Assembly (NCBI GenBank): GCA_046726275.1
Contig: JBKPAF010000035.1
Coordinates: 30,391-94,390 of the forward strand
From: Actinomycetota bacterium
GTDB lineage: Bacteria; Actinomycetota; UBA4738
Length of the DNA: 64,000 nt
Direction: 5' to 3'
The translations under genes were made by a program, and so were the position numbers. Shown one piece after another: positions 39,045-47,818 of this stretch (positions are counted from its first letter, which is position 1; the number at the start of each line of letters is the position of its first letter). A model generated the notes under the pieces. That model was not told where the DNA came from. It made no database searches and was given only the letters and a program-made list of their open reading frames with translations.

Positions 39045-39462
39045 GGAGCTCTATAAGGAAGTCATCCTGGACCACTACAAGAGTCCCCGGAACAAGCGCG
39101 ACGTGCCGGGGGCTGAGCTCTCCTGCTCGAAGAACAACCCATTGTGCGGGGACGAGATCACCATCCACGCGCACCTCACGGACGGCCGGGTCGCGGACGT
39201 GGCGTTCGAGGGCCGGGGCTGCTCGATCAGCCAGGCCAGTGCCTCAATGCTCACGGAAGCCGTGATGGGGAAGCCGGTCGAGGACGCGGAGAAGCTCGCG
39301 GCCGAGTTTCGAAGCATGATGGAGGGGAAGCTCGACCCCGACGAGGAAGAGTTCGGGGACCTGGTCGCGCTCAAGGGCGTGGTCAAGTATCCCGTCAGGA
39401 TCAAGTGCGCGGTCCTGGCTTGGGACGTGTTGCAGGAGGCCCTCTCCGGCGCCAAGGTGTGA
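39034..39462 (+). CDS. sufU: Fe-S cluster assembly scaffold SufU (NifU-like)
   Basis: Motifs ELYKEVILDHYKSPRN, NPLCGD and GCSISQASASM. TTG start at 39034 overlaps the sufS stop. Confidence 0.8.
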   Translation: MALEELYKEVILDHYKSPRNKRDVPGAELSCSKNNPLCGDEITIHAHLTDGRVADVAFEGRGCSISQASASMLTEAVMGKPVEDAEKLAAEFRSMMEGKLDPDEEEFGDLVALKGVVKYPVRIKCAVLAWDVLQEALSGAKV

Positions 39463-40085
39463 CCGACCCCGATTCCGGCGTCGACATCCGATCCGCTCGG
39501 GCCGCGGACGTCGACGTCGCCGCCTCGCTGATCATGATGACGCCCGGCGGATTGGTGGACCTCGTCGGCGATCGGGAAGTCGGTCGCCGGGTTGCCGCCT
39601 CCGTCTTCACGGCCAGGGGCAGCGGGTTCGGTTTCGATCGAGCCCTCATGGCCGAGGTCGATGGTTCGGTGGTCGGTCAAATCATCCGATTCGCGGGTGA
39701 GGACTGGAACCGGAAGACCCAGACGCGAACGGGCCTGGTGATGGTTCGGGCTGCCGGCTGGCGGTTCGCACTCAGCGTGATCAGGGAGGGGAGGAGGCAC
39801 GCTCGGGTCACGCCGCCCGTGGCGGCGGACAGCCGGTACGTCATCTCGCTGGCGGTGTTGCCGGAGCGGAGGGGCCAGGGGATCGGTTCGGCGTTGCTGC
39901 GACGGGTCGTCGAGGAGGCCCTGGAGTCGGGTGTTCGAAGCGTCAGCCTCGATGTGGCGGCCCGGAACGACGGCGCCATTCGCTTCTACCTGCGTGAGGG
40001 CTTCGTGATCATCGCCGAGGGCCACGCGCCTCCCCGGCGAGGGTCGCCCGACGTCGACTCGGTCCGAATGGAGCTCGCCATCTAG
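39459..40085 (+). CDS. GNAT family N-acetyltransferase
   Basis: Motif ISLAVLPERRGQGIGSALLRRVVEEA is a GNAT motif A. GTG overlaps the sufU stop (GTGA). Confidence 0.7.
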   Translation: MTDPDSGVDIRSARAADVDVAASLIMMTPGGLVDLVGDREVGRRVAASVFTARGSGFGFDRALMAEVDGSVVGQIIRFAGEDWNRKTQTRTGLVMVRAAGWRFALSVIREGRRHARVTPPVAADSRYVISLAVLPERRGQGIGSALLRRVVEEALESGVRSVSLDVAARNDGAIRFYLREGFVIIAEGHAPPRRGSPDVDSVRMELAI

Positions 40086-40142
40086 AAGAACCACCGTCGC
40101 GACTCCAGCCCGTGGGGCCGCCGCTGGCATACTTGCCCTTGC

Positions 40143-40718
40143 ATGTTCCTTCGCGAGAACGAGATCGGCCGCCGGGTCGGCAGGCATCTCCTGCCTGGGT
40201 GGCGAGTCCTCGACTACGGCTCGGGGACCGGGTTGGTCAGCCGATGGCTGGCGGACCGGCGGGGCGTCCAACCGGTACTGGCCGACCTGGTCGAGTACCG
40301 GAACCGGCGGAGGGACCTCCCCTTCCTGAAGATGGGTGACCCTTTCCATGTCCCGTCGCGGGACCGAGCGTTCGACGCCGTCCTCCTGTTGTTCGCGCTG
40401 CACCACAACCCCTATGAGGCCCAGGGAAAGGTCCTGGCCGAGGCGGCGAGACTGGCCGATAGCCGGCTGATCGTGATGGAGGACACGCCCTTCAACCGCC
40501 TGGACCGTGCGTTCAACGTGTTCTGGGACCGGGCGCTCAATGTTCGCCATCGCGTCCCCACCCCACTGGCATTTCGAAGCGCCGAGGAGTGGCTGGAGAT
40601 CTTTCTGGAGCACGACATGGAGTGCGTGCACGTCGAGTCGTACCGTGCGAAGTGGCCCACGCTGACGACCTATCACCACACGCTGTTCGTCCTGGATCGC
40701 GAGCCGCATGCGGGTTGA
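40143..40718 (+). CDS. Class I SAM-dependent methyltransferase
   Basis: Motif I VLDYGSGTGLVSRWLAD. Acidic motif II. Confidence 0.75.
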   Translation: MFLRENEIGRRVGRHLLPGWRVLDYGSGTGLVSRWLADRRGVQPVLADLVEYRNRRRDLPFLKMGDPFHVPSRDRAFDAVLLLFALHHNPYEAQGKVLAEAARLADSRLIVMEDTPFNRLDRAFNVFWDRALNVRHRVPTPLAFRSAEEWLEIFLEHDMECVHVESYRAKWPTLTTYHHTLFVLDREPHAG

Positions 40719-41691
40719 GCTGACCGGCGATGCGTCTGCCTTCCATGCCCGGGGGTGGGGCGATCTCGTCGCCGCCGATCCCGAAGGAACCTTCTTCCAC
40801 ACTCCGGCTTATCTGAAGCTGTGGTGGGAGGAATTCGGGACGGGAACGCTGCTCCTCGCGTTCGTCGTCGATGCGCAAGGGAGATTGGTGGCGGCGTGTC
40901 CCTTCGAGGTGACCGAGGGCACCCTGCGATTCATGGGAGGGTTCGACGTCACGGACTACATGGGACCGGTCTCGGTGCCGGGTCTGGAGGAGGTTGCCGC
41001 GAACGAGCTGATGAAGGCTTTGGAGTTCCAGGTGCGTTGGGACCGGGCCGACCTCCGGGGCCTTCCCACCGAGGGACGGTGGCTCGCTACTCTCGAGGCC
41101 GCCGCTTCCGCGCAGGGGATCCAGGTGGAGCGAGGTGTCGACGGGGTGGCACCGTCGATCGAGCTGCCGGCCGCCTTCGAAGCCTATCTCGAAGAGCTGC
41201 CCGCCAAGCTTCGGCACGAGATCAGGCGGAAGGAGCGCCGTCTCGTTGAGGAAGCCGGACCCTATCGGGTGACGCTCGCCACGCCCGAGACTCTGGCGGG
41301 CGACCTCGATCGTTTCATCGAGCTCCACAAGGCGAGCCCTGGGCCGAAGGGAAAGTTCATGCACGCCGGCATGGAGATCTTCTTCCGCAGGCTGACGGAG
41401 TCCTTCCTTGCGACCAACCACCTGCATCTCGCCTTCATCGAGGTCCAGGGAACGAAGGCCGCCGGCGCCATCGCCTTCGCCTTCGGCAGGACCTTCTCGC
41501 TCTACAACTCCGCGTTTGATCGCGAGTTCAGCCGCCTCAGCCCCGGAATGGTGTTGGTCTCCGACCTCATTCGCCGATCGATCGAGGTCGGCACCAGACG
41601 ATTCGACATGCTGAAAGGCGACCTCGACTACAAGTATCGGTTCGGGGCGGTCCCGCGAGAGATCGGAGGGTTGGTCCTTTCGCGAGGCTGA
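40708..41691 (+). CDS. CelD/BioF2-like (FemAB-fold, Acetyltransf_6) GNAT-family protein
   Basis: N-terminal FFHTPAYLKLWWEEFG and C-terminal SLYNSAFDREFSRLSPGMVLVSDLIRRSIEVGTRRFDMLKGDLDYKYRFG are characteristic of the family. Confidence 0.7.
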   Translation: MRVELTGDASAFHARGWGDLVAADPEGTFFHTPAYLKLWWEEFGTGTLLLAFVVDAQGRLVAACPFEVTEGTLRFMGGFDVTDYMGPVSVPGLEEVAANELMKALEFQVRWDRADLRGLPTEGRWLATLEAAASAQGIQVERGVDGVAPSIELPAAFEAYLEELPAKLRHEIRRKERRLVEEAGPYRVTLATPETLAGDLDRFIELHKASPGPKGKFMHAGMEIFFRRLTESFLATNHLHLAFIEVQGTKAAGAIAFAFGRTFSLYNSAFDREFSRLSPGMVLVSDLIRRSIEVGTRRFDMLKGDLDYKYRFGAVPREIGGLVLSRG

Positions 41692-41707
41692 GCGGCCCCG
41701 TCGGAAG

Positions 41708-42430
41708 CTAACCCGAGTGGACGGTACCCGTCGCCACCACGCGCCCCGTCGGGGTGGTCAGGACGATCCGATCGAACTTCGAGAGATCCGAGGACGTGGT
41801 GAACCCAGACCAGGCGTCCCCGTCCTCGCCGAACTTCAGCTTGAACGGGATGTTGATCGACCGGCCACCGGCCGTTTCGAGGGAAACCGTTACCTCCTCG
41901 GTGAATCCGGGTGCCCGGGCCAGCACCATGACCCAGCTCTGCTCTCCCTGCTCGGCGTCGTAGACGATGACGGAGCCCCTCATGGTGACCGACCGGGCCG
42001 GATCGAGCCTGGCCACTCGCACGTCCTTGCCGCCCAGGGCGTGAAGGAACCCGCGGTAGTGCAGCGCGTCCGTACGGAACCCTCGGGACTGAACCTGGGC
42101 AACCGTAGCAAGGACCAGGGCTGTGATCACGATCGCGGCGGCTGCCATCGCTGGCCACCGTGCGATCAGACGGGGAAGAAGTCGTCGGGAGCGCGGTGAG
42201 TCGGACCACTCCTCGGTCAGGACCGACATGACCCGATCCCGGAGCTCGGGCGGCGGCTCGGCCTCGTGCGCGGAGCTCGCGAAGAGCGCCACGCCCTCGT
42301 CCAGGGTTGCCGCCTCGGTCCGGCATCCCGAACACCCGCGAAGATGGCGCCTGATCGCGGCCGCTTCCGTCTCCGAGAGCGTCCCCAGCGTGTAGTCGGG
42401 GAGCTGGGCCCTGACCTCGTCACAGCTCAT
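41708..42430 (-). CDS. Anti-sigma factor, zf-HC2 (RsrA-like) with TM helix and extracytoplasmic domain
   Basis: MSCDEVRAQLPDYTLGTL...HLRGCSGCRTEAATL is an HxxxCxxC zinc motif. One TM helix. Overlaps the sigma stop by 11 nt. Confidence 0.75.
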   Translation of the reverse strand: MSCDEVRAQLPDYTLGTLSETEAAAIRRHLRGCSGCRTEAATLDEGVALFASSAHEAEPPPELRDRVMSVLTEEWSDSPRSRRLLPRLIARWPAMAAAAIVITALVLATVAQVQSRGFRTDALHYRGFLHALGGKDVRVARLDPARSVTMRGSVIVYDAEQGEQSWVMVLARAPGFTEEVTVSLETAGGRSINIPFKLKFGEDGDAWSGFTTSSDLSKFDRIVLTTPTGRVVATGTVHSG

Positions 42431-42992
42431 GCTGGACCTCCAGGGCTTCCCGAAGCTTCATGAGGGCCGTGCGGATCCTCGTCTTCGCCGTCCCGACGGG
42501 GATGCCTTCGAGCTCGGCGACCTCCGTGCTGCTCTTGCCGCCGAAGTAGGCCAGCTCGAGAGCGGCGCGCTGCCCTGGGGAGAGCGACCCCATGGCCCGT
42601 TTCGCCCTGTCGGCCAGGTCCCGGTTCTCCGCGTGTTCCTCGGGCCCCGGTTCGGTGGCGACCTCCGGCGTTTCCTGCGCCGCGAGGGTCCTCGTCTCCA
42701 GCACCTTCCTTCGGATCAGGTCGACAGCCAGGCTTCGAGCGATCAGGAGGACCCATGTGTCGACCGATCCCCGGGCAGCGTCGTACGCGTTGGCGCTGCG
42801 CCAGACCTTGACGAACGTGTCCTGCACCAGATCCTCCGCCTGAGCCGCGTTGCCCAGCATCACCATTCCGAGCCCGTACACGCGTGGGGCGAACCTTGCA
42901 TAGAGCTCGTCGGCAGCGCGCGGATCTCGCCGGGCGAACGCCCGCATCAGGTCGGCTCCCGATCCCGCTCTCGAGTCGCGGCGATTCCGCAT
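42420..42992 (-). CDS. ECF (sigma-70 group IV) RNA polymerase sigma factor
   Basis: Region 2 (AEDLVQDTFVKVWRSANAYD...TWVLLIARSLAVDLIRR) and region 4 (LSPGQRAALELAYFGGKSSTEVAELEGIPVGTAKTRIRTALMKLRE). I chose the start at 42992 (MRNRRD). Confidence 0.8.
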   Translation of the reverse strand: MRNRRDSRAGSGADLMRAFARRDPRAADELYARFAPRVYGLGMVMLGNAAQAEDLVQDTFVKVWRSANAYDAARGSVDTWVLLIARSLAVDLIRRKVLETRTLAAQETPEVATEPGPEEHAENRDLADRAKRAMGSLSPGQRAALELAYFGGKSSTEVAELEGIPVGTAKTRIRTALMKLREALEVQHEL

Positions 42993-43089
42993 CGATCGCA
43001 GCCTACCCCCCACAGGCAGTAATACGGGCGAGACGCGCAGGCGGTTGGGTCTGGGTCGGCCACACCTCGCCGTCGCTCGACGCAGCGCT

Positions 43090-43920
43090 TTAGGCGAAAG
43101 CCCGAAGATGCTGCAGCACGGTTTCGGCAAGAGCGTCGTCGCCCGCCGTCTGGAGGATCCCCTCGGCGAGGTAATACTCCGCAGGGACCCGGCGCCCCGC
43201 GACCTGCGCGAAGGCATAGGCCCGGCCGGTGATGACCGCGTCGGGAGCCTTCCCGGGTGGAGGGCTCTCCCGCGGAGCCAATCCCCAGTGCCATGTGCCC
43301 CCTCCCACGGCCTCCAGATCCACCTTGATGCTCCTGCCCGGAAAGGACAGTCCGGCGAGAGAGAGTGCGTACGGGATCGTCCGGACGGCCAGGTCGTTGA
43401 CGCAATAAATGGGGGGGTGCTCCAGCCGAGGCGGGTTCCCGCCCCCTGCCAGGATGTCCTCTCCGTGCAGCCACAATTCCATGACTCTCGACTGGACGAG
43501 GTAGCTCACCCCGAGGGGTCCGGCCATCCACTCGACCTTCTTGGAGGCCCACTCCTCCGGAGGGATCTTGGATGCGCGGGACAGGAAGAGATCGGCGGCC
43601 GCACCCCACTCGGCCACGACCTGACGGAAGGGAAGGTCCGCGCGGCGACGGACGGAGAACTCGTTGAAGCCGTCCAGCGTGGCCGTCTCGTCCTCAAGGC
43701 CCTTCACGTACTCCTGGATCTCCGACGCGACCTCTTCGGCAAGAACGGCCGCGGCGGCGACTTCCCCCGCCGCGAGGTGCGCCACGATGTCTCGGTTCCG
43801 CCAGCCGTGACTGGGGCTTTCCTGGTCCCACGCTTCCGGCGGCGTGTACTGAATGGTTCGTCCCAGGGCTTCGCGCTCGGCTCTGGCGGTGGCCAGGAGC
43901 CATGGCCTGTCGAGCGTCAT
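43090..43920 (-). CDS. DinB/MDMPI-N-terminal domain protein (TIGR03083-like, putative mycothiol-dependent enzyme family)
   Basis: WRNRDIVAHLAAGE, a HGW..RD..AHL-type motif near the N-terminus. About 276 aa, actinobacterial family. Confidence 0.65.
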   Translation of the reverse strand: MTLDRPWLLATARAEREALGRTIQYTPPEAWDQESPSHGWRNRDIVAHLAAGEVAAAAVLAEEVASEIQEYVKGLEDETATLDGFNEFSVRRRADLPFRQVVAEWGAAADLFLSRASKIPPEEWASKKVEWMAGPLGVSYLVQSRVMELWLHGEDILAGGGNPPRLEHPPIYCVNDLAVRTIPYALSLAGLSFPGRSIKVDLEAVGGGTWHWGLAPRESPPPGKAPDAVITGRAYAFAQVAGRRVPAEYYLAEGILQTAGDDALAETVLQHLRAFA

Positions 43921-43946
43921 CAGGCGCGGATTGTACCCTCTAGGCC

Positions 43947-45074
43947 GTGCGGGTCCTGGTCGCTCCCGACAAGTTCAAGGGAACCCTGACCGCCGAACAA
44001 GCAGCTCAGGCGATCGCCCGGGGTTGGGAGCGAGGAGACGCCTCGGCCGAAGTCGAGGTGGTGCCCATGGCGGATGGCGGCGAGGGGACCATGGACGCGC
44101 TCGTGGCCGCCCTGGGCGGGGAGCGGTTTTCCCAGGAGGTGTCCGGACCGCTCGGCGATCCGGTCCGGGCCGAGTTCGCAGTGGTCCCCTCGGAAGGAGG
44201 GACCCTCGGCGTGGTGGAGATGGCCCGAGCCTCGGGGCTCGGGCTGATCTCGCCGGGCCGGCGGGATCCGAAACGGACGAGCACTCGGGGGACCGGTGAG
44301 CTCATATTGGCCGTCTGCCGCAGGGGGGTGCGGCGGGTCCTGGTGTGCGTGGGGGGGAGCGCCACGAACGACGCGGGCGCCGGGATGGCACAGGCCGTCG
44401 GCGTTCGCCTGCTCGACCGGCGAGGAGTCGACCTCCGGCCCGGCGGGGCGGCCCTGCTCGATCTGGCTGCGATCGACCTGACCGCGTCGGATGGATCGGT
44501 GAGGGGAGCCGAGTTCGTGGTGGCCACCGATGTCGACAACCCTCTGGTGGGACCTCAGGGAGCGTCGGCCGTCTACGGCCCCCAGAAGGGAGCGTCACCG
44601 GAGGACGTCGCCCTGCTCGACACGGCGCTCGGCCACTTCGCCGCCGTTGTCCACCGGGACCTCGGGCTGGACCTCAGGGCCGTCCCGGGAGCCGGAGCGG
44701 CGGGAGGCCTGGCGGCTGGGTTGATGGCGTTCCTGGGAGCGCGGCTACGTCCGGGCGTGGACGTGGTCATCGAGGCCGTGGGCCTGCGCGGGCAGATGGA
44801 GAAGGCCGACCTCGTGGTGACCGGCGAGGGGATGTTCGACGAGCAGTCGTTGCGCGGGAAGGCTCCTGCCGGGGTGCTTCGGGCAGCGGAGGAGTTCCGG
44901 CTCCCCGCAGTGGTGCTGTGCGGCCAGAGTCGGATCGACCCGCCCGCGGCGCGGATCTACTCCCTGGCCGATCGGTTCGGCATCGGGGAAGCGATGGACC
45001 GGCCGGGAATGCTCCTTCAGGACCTTGCGGCCGAGGTGGCGACGGCCATCCGCACCGGAAGCACCGATGCCTAG
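43947..45074 (+). CDS. Glycerate kinase
   Basis: MRVLVAPDKFKGTLTAEQAA...MADGGEGT is the GK family N-terminus. Confidence 0.85.
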   Translation: MRVLVAPDKFKGTLTAEQAAQAIARGWERGDASAEVEVVPMADGGEGTMDALVAALGGERFSQEVSGPLGDPVRAEFAVVPSEGGTLGVVEMARASGLGLISPGRRDPKRTSTRGTGELILAVCRRGVRRVLVCVGGSATNDAGAGMAQAVGVRLLDRRGVDLRPGGAALLDLAAIDLTASDGSVRGAEFVVATDVDNPLVGPQGASAVYGPQKGASPEDVALLDTALGHFAAVVHRDLGLDLRAVPGAGAAGGLAAGLMAFLGARLRPGVDVVIEAVGLRGQMEKADLVVTGEGMFDEQSLRGKAPAGVLRAAEEFRLPAVVLCGQSRIDPPAARIYSLADRFGIGEAMDRPGMLLQDLAAEVATAIRTGSTDA

Positions 45075-45540
45075 CGCCATCGAGCGATTCGAGCGGGCGG
45101 CCGCGGCGGCGGGCCTGTCCCTCGAGATCACCAGGTTCCCCCAGGGCACCAGGACGGCTGCGGATGCCGCACGGGCCGTGGGGTGCGAGATCGGCCAGAT
45201 CGTCAAGTCGCTCGTGTTCATGGCCGATGACCGCCCGCTCCTGGCCCTGACCTCGGGTTCCAACCGGGCGGACCCCCGCCGTCTAGGCGACCTGATGGGG
45301 GCGGCAGAAGTCCGCCGCGCCGACCCGGAGGAAGCCCGGGAGGCCACCGGATACGCCATCGGGGGAACGCCGCCCTTCGGGCACCCTGGCGCCGTACCCG
45401 TGCTGGTCGATCGTGATCTCCTGTCCTACGACGTGATCTGGGCTGCGGCGGGGACCCCCGACTCCGTGTTCCCTATCACCCCTGATCAGTTGGTACGCGC
45501 CACCGGTGGGCGGGTCGCAGACTTCAGGGACGAGGGCTGA
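45067..45540 (+). CDS. YbaK/ProX-type aminoacyl-tRNA deacylase domain protein
   Basis: Motifs IVKSLVF, YAIGGTPPFGH and DSVFPITPDQL. ATG overlaps the glxK stop. Confidence 0.75.
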   Translation: MPSAIERFERAAAAAGLSLEITRFPQGTRTAADAARAVGCEIGQIVKSLVFMADDRPLLALTSGSNRADPRRLGDLMGAAEVRRADPEEAREATGYAIGGTPPFGHPGAVPVLVDRDLLSYDVIWAAAGTPDSVFPITPDQLVRATGGRVADFRDEG

Positions 45541-45615
45541 CCGGCCGATGACGGGAGAGGATGGGCAGGTCGGCGGGTATACTTGGATGCAGTCGATTGG
45601 CGAGGAAAGGGCCCG

Positions 45616-45936
45616 ATGATCAGCCTTACCGAGATGGCCGCAAGCAAAGTGAAGCAGCTCCTGGAGCAGGAGGGGCGCTCGGACATCGCCCTGCGCGTCG
45701 CGGTGCAGCCGGGTGGCTGCTCCGGTTTGCGATACGCGATGTACCTGGACGATGAGTTCGCCGACAGCGACGTCGCCGAGGAGCAGTTCGGGGTCAAGCT
45801 CGTGGTGGACCGCATGAGCATGCCGTACCTGAAGGAAGCCAAGATCGATTTCGTCGATACTCTGGACCAGTCGGGGTTCACCATCGACAATCCGATGGCC
45901 CAGGGCGGCTGCGCCTGCGGCCATTCGTTCCACTAG
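45616..45936 (+). CDS. A-type Fe-S cluster carrier (HesB/IscA/ErpA family)
   Basis: GCSGLRY ... C-terminal CACGHSF, the three conserved Cys. Confidence 0.8.
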   Translation: MISLTEMAASKVKQLLEQEGRSDIALRVAVQPGGCSGLRYAMYLDDEFADSDVAEEQFGVKLVVDRMSMPYLKEAKIDFVDTLDQSGFTIDNPMAQGGCACGHSFH

Positions 45937-45978
45937 CCGGTCCGCTTGACCAGCAGCCCGAGCAAGGCAGGGAGTTCC

Positions 45979-47817
45979 ATGGCCCCGAAAAGCGTCGTCG
46001 AGAAGGACCGCGTCGTCGTGCGCTTTGCCGGCGACTCCGGCGATGGGATGCAGTTGACGGGCGACCGCTTCACCAATGCAACGGCGATTGTGGGCAACGA
46101 TCTGGCCACGCTGCCCGACTTTCCAGCGGAGATCAGGGCTCCCGCCGGCACGCTCGCCGGGGTCTCGGCGTTCCAGATCCACTTCGCCAGCAAGGACATC
46201 GTGACACCTGGGGACGCCCCCAACGTGCTGGTCGCAATGAACCCGGCGGCACTCAAGGCAAACATACGAGACCTCGAGAAGGGCGGCGTGATCATCGCCA
46301 ACGAGGACGCCTTCGTCGACCGGAACCTGGAGAAGGCGGGATATCCCTCCGACCCGCTCTCCGACGGCTCCCTCGACGGGTACCAGGTGTACCGCGTTCC
46401 GATGACTTCGATCACCCTCAGGGCTACCGAAGGGACCGGAATCTCGAAGAAGGAGGCCGAACGGGCCAAGAACATGTTCGCCCTCGGCCTGGTGTCGTGG
46501 ATGTACGGCCGCCCCACCGAGGTCACCACCAGCTGGCTCGAGAAGAAGTTCAAGGCCAAGCCGGAGATCCTCATGGCGAACCTGGCCGCTTTCCGCGCCG
46601 GATACAACTTCGGCGAGACCACGGAGCTGTTCGCCCACACCTACGAGGTCAAGCCCGCCCCTGCTGCGCCCGGGACCTACAAGAACGTCAATGGGACCGC
46701 CGCCCTGTCATGGGGTCTGATCGCGGCGAGCGTGAAGAGTGGTCTTCCCATCTTCTACGCGAGCTATCCGATCACCCCGGCCTCGGAACTGCTCCATGAG
46801 CTGTCCAGACACAAGAACTTCGGTGTGAGGACCCTGCAGGCCGAAGACGAGATCGCCGCGGCCGGCGCTGCCCTCGGAGCCTCCTTCGGGGGGCATCTCG
46901 GGATCACCGGGACCAGCGGACCCGGACTCGACCTGAAGCAGGAGACCATCGGCCTTGCGGTGACCCTCGAGCTCCCGATGATCATCGTCGACGTCCAGCG
47001 AGCTGGGCCTTCGACGGGGATGCCCACCAAGACCGAGGCCGCCGACCTGCTAGCCGCCATGTACGGACGCCACGGGGAGTCGCCGATCCCCATCGTTGCC
47101 TCGAGGACACCCTCGGAGTGCTTCTCCGCGGCGATCGAGGCGGTGCGCATCGCGGTCAAGTTCCGCACCCCGGTCATCCTTCTTTCCGACACGTTCCTGA
47201 CGAACTCGTCCGAGCCGTGGCGGCTCCCTGACCTCGACGCCCTGCCCGAGATCGACCCGAAGTTCGCCACTCAACCGAATCACGACGACGGGTACATGCC
47301 CTACCTGCGCGATGACAACCTGGCCCGCCCCTGGGCCGTTCCCGGAACCCCCGGCCTGATCCATCGGGTGGGGGGCTTGGAGAAAGAGGACGTCACCGGA
47401 AACATCTCCTACGACTCGGCCAACCACGAGCGGATGACGCACCTCCGGGCGGCCAAGGTCGCGAAGATCGCCGAGGACATCCCCCTCCTGGAGGTCGACG
47501 ATCCTTCCGGGGACGCCGAGGTTCTCGTCCTCGGTTGGGGTTCCACCTACGGAGCCATCGTGGCCGGGGTACGCCGGGTCCGCGACGCTGGGAAGAATGT
47601 CGCCGCCGCTCACCTCAGGCATCTGAATCCGCTGCCACGGAACACGGCGGAGGTGCTCCGGTCGTACTCCAAGGTGCTGATCCCCGAGGTCAACATGGGC
47701 CAGCTCTGGCGGGTCGTTCGAGCCGAGTTCCTGGTGGAGGCGGAGAGCTTTTCCAAGGTCCAGGGGCAGCCCATCTTCGCTGCGGAGATCGAACGTGAGA
47801 TCTTGAGGAGACTCTGA
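45979..47817 (+). CDS. korA: 2-oxoacid:ferredoxin oxidoreductase alpha subunit (KorA-like)
   Basis: About 612 aa. Sequence is KorA/OorA-like (RFAGDSGDGMQLTGDRFTN...). AGGGAG RBS. Confidence 0.85.
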   Translation: MAPKSVVEKDRVVVRFAGDSGDGMQLTGDRFTNATAIVGNDLATLPDFPAEIRAPAGTLAGVSAFQIHFASKDIVTPGDAPNVLVAMNPAALKANIRDLEKGGVIIANEDAFVDRNLEKAGYPSDPLSDGSLDGYQVYRVPMTSITLRATEGTGISKKEAERAKNMFALGLVSWMYGRPTEVTTSWLEKKFKAKPEILMANLAAFRAGYNFGETTELFAHTYEVKPAPAAPGTYKNVNGTAALSWGLIAASVKSGLPIFYASYPITPASELLHELSRHKNFGVRTLQAEDEIAAAGAALGASFGGHLGITGTSGPGLDLKQETIGLAVTLELPMIIVDVQRAGPSTGMPTKTEAADLLAAMYGRHGESPIPIVASRTPSECFSAAIEAVRIAVKFRTPVILLSDTFLTNSSEPWRLPDLDALPEIDPKFATQPNHDDGYMPYLRDDNLARPWAVPGTPGLIHRVGGLEKEDVTGNISYDSANHERMTHLRAAKVAKIAEDIPLLEVDDPSGDAEVLVLGWGSTYGAIVAGVRRVRDAGKNVAAAHLRHLNPLPRNTAEVLRSYSKVLIPEVNMGQLWRVVRAEFLVEAESFSKVQGQPIFAAEIEREILRRL

Positions 47818-47818
47818 G

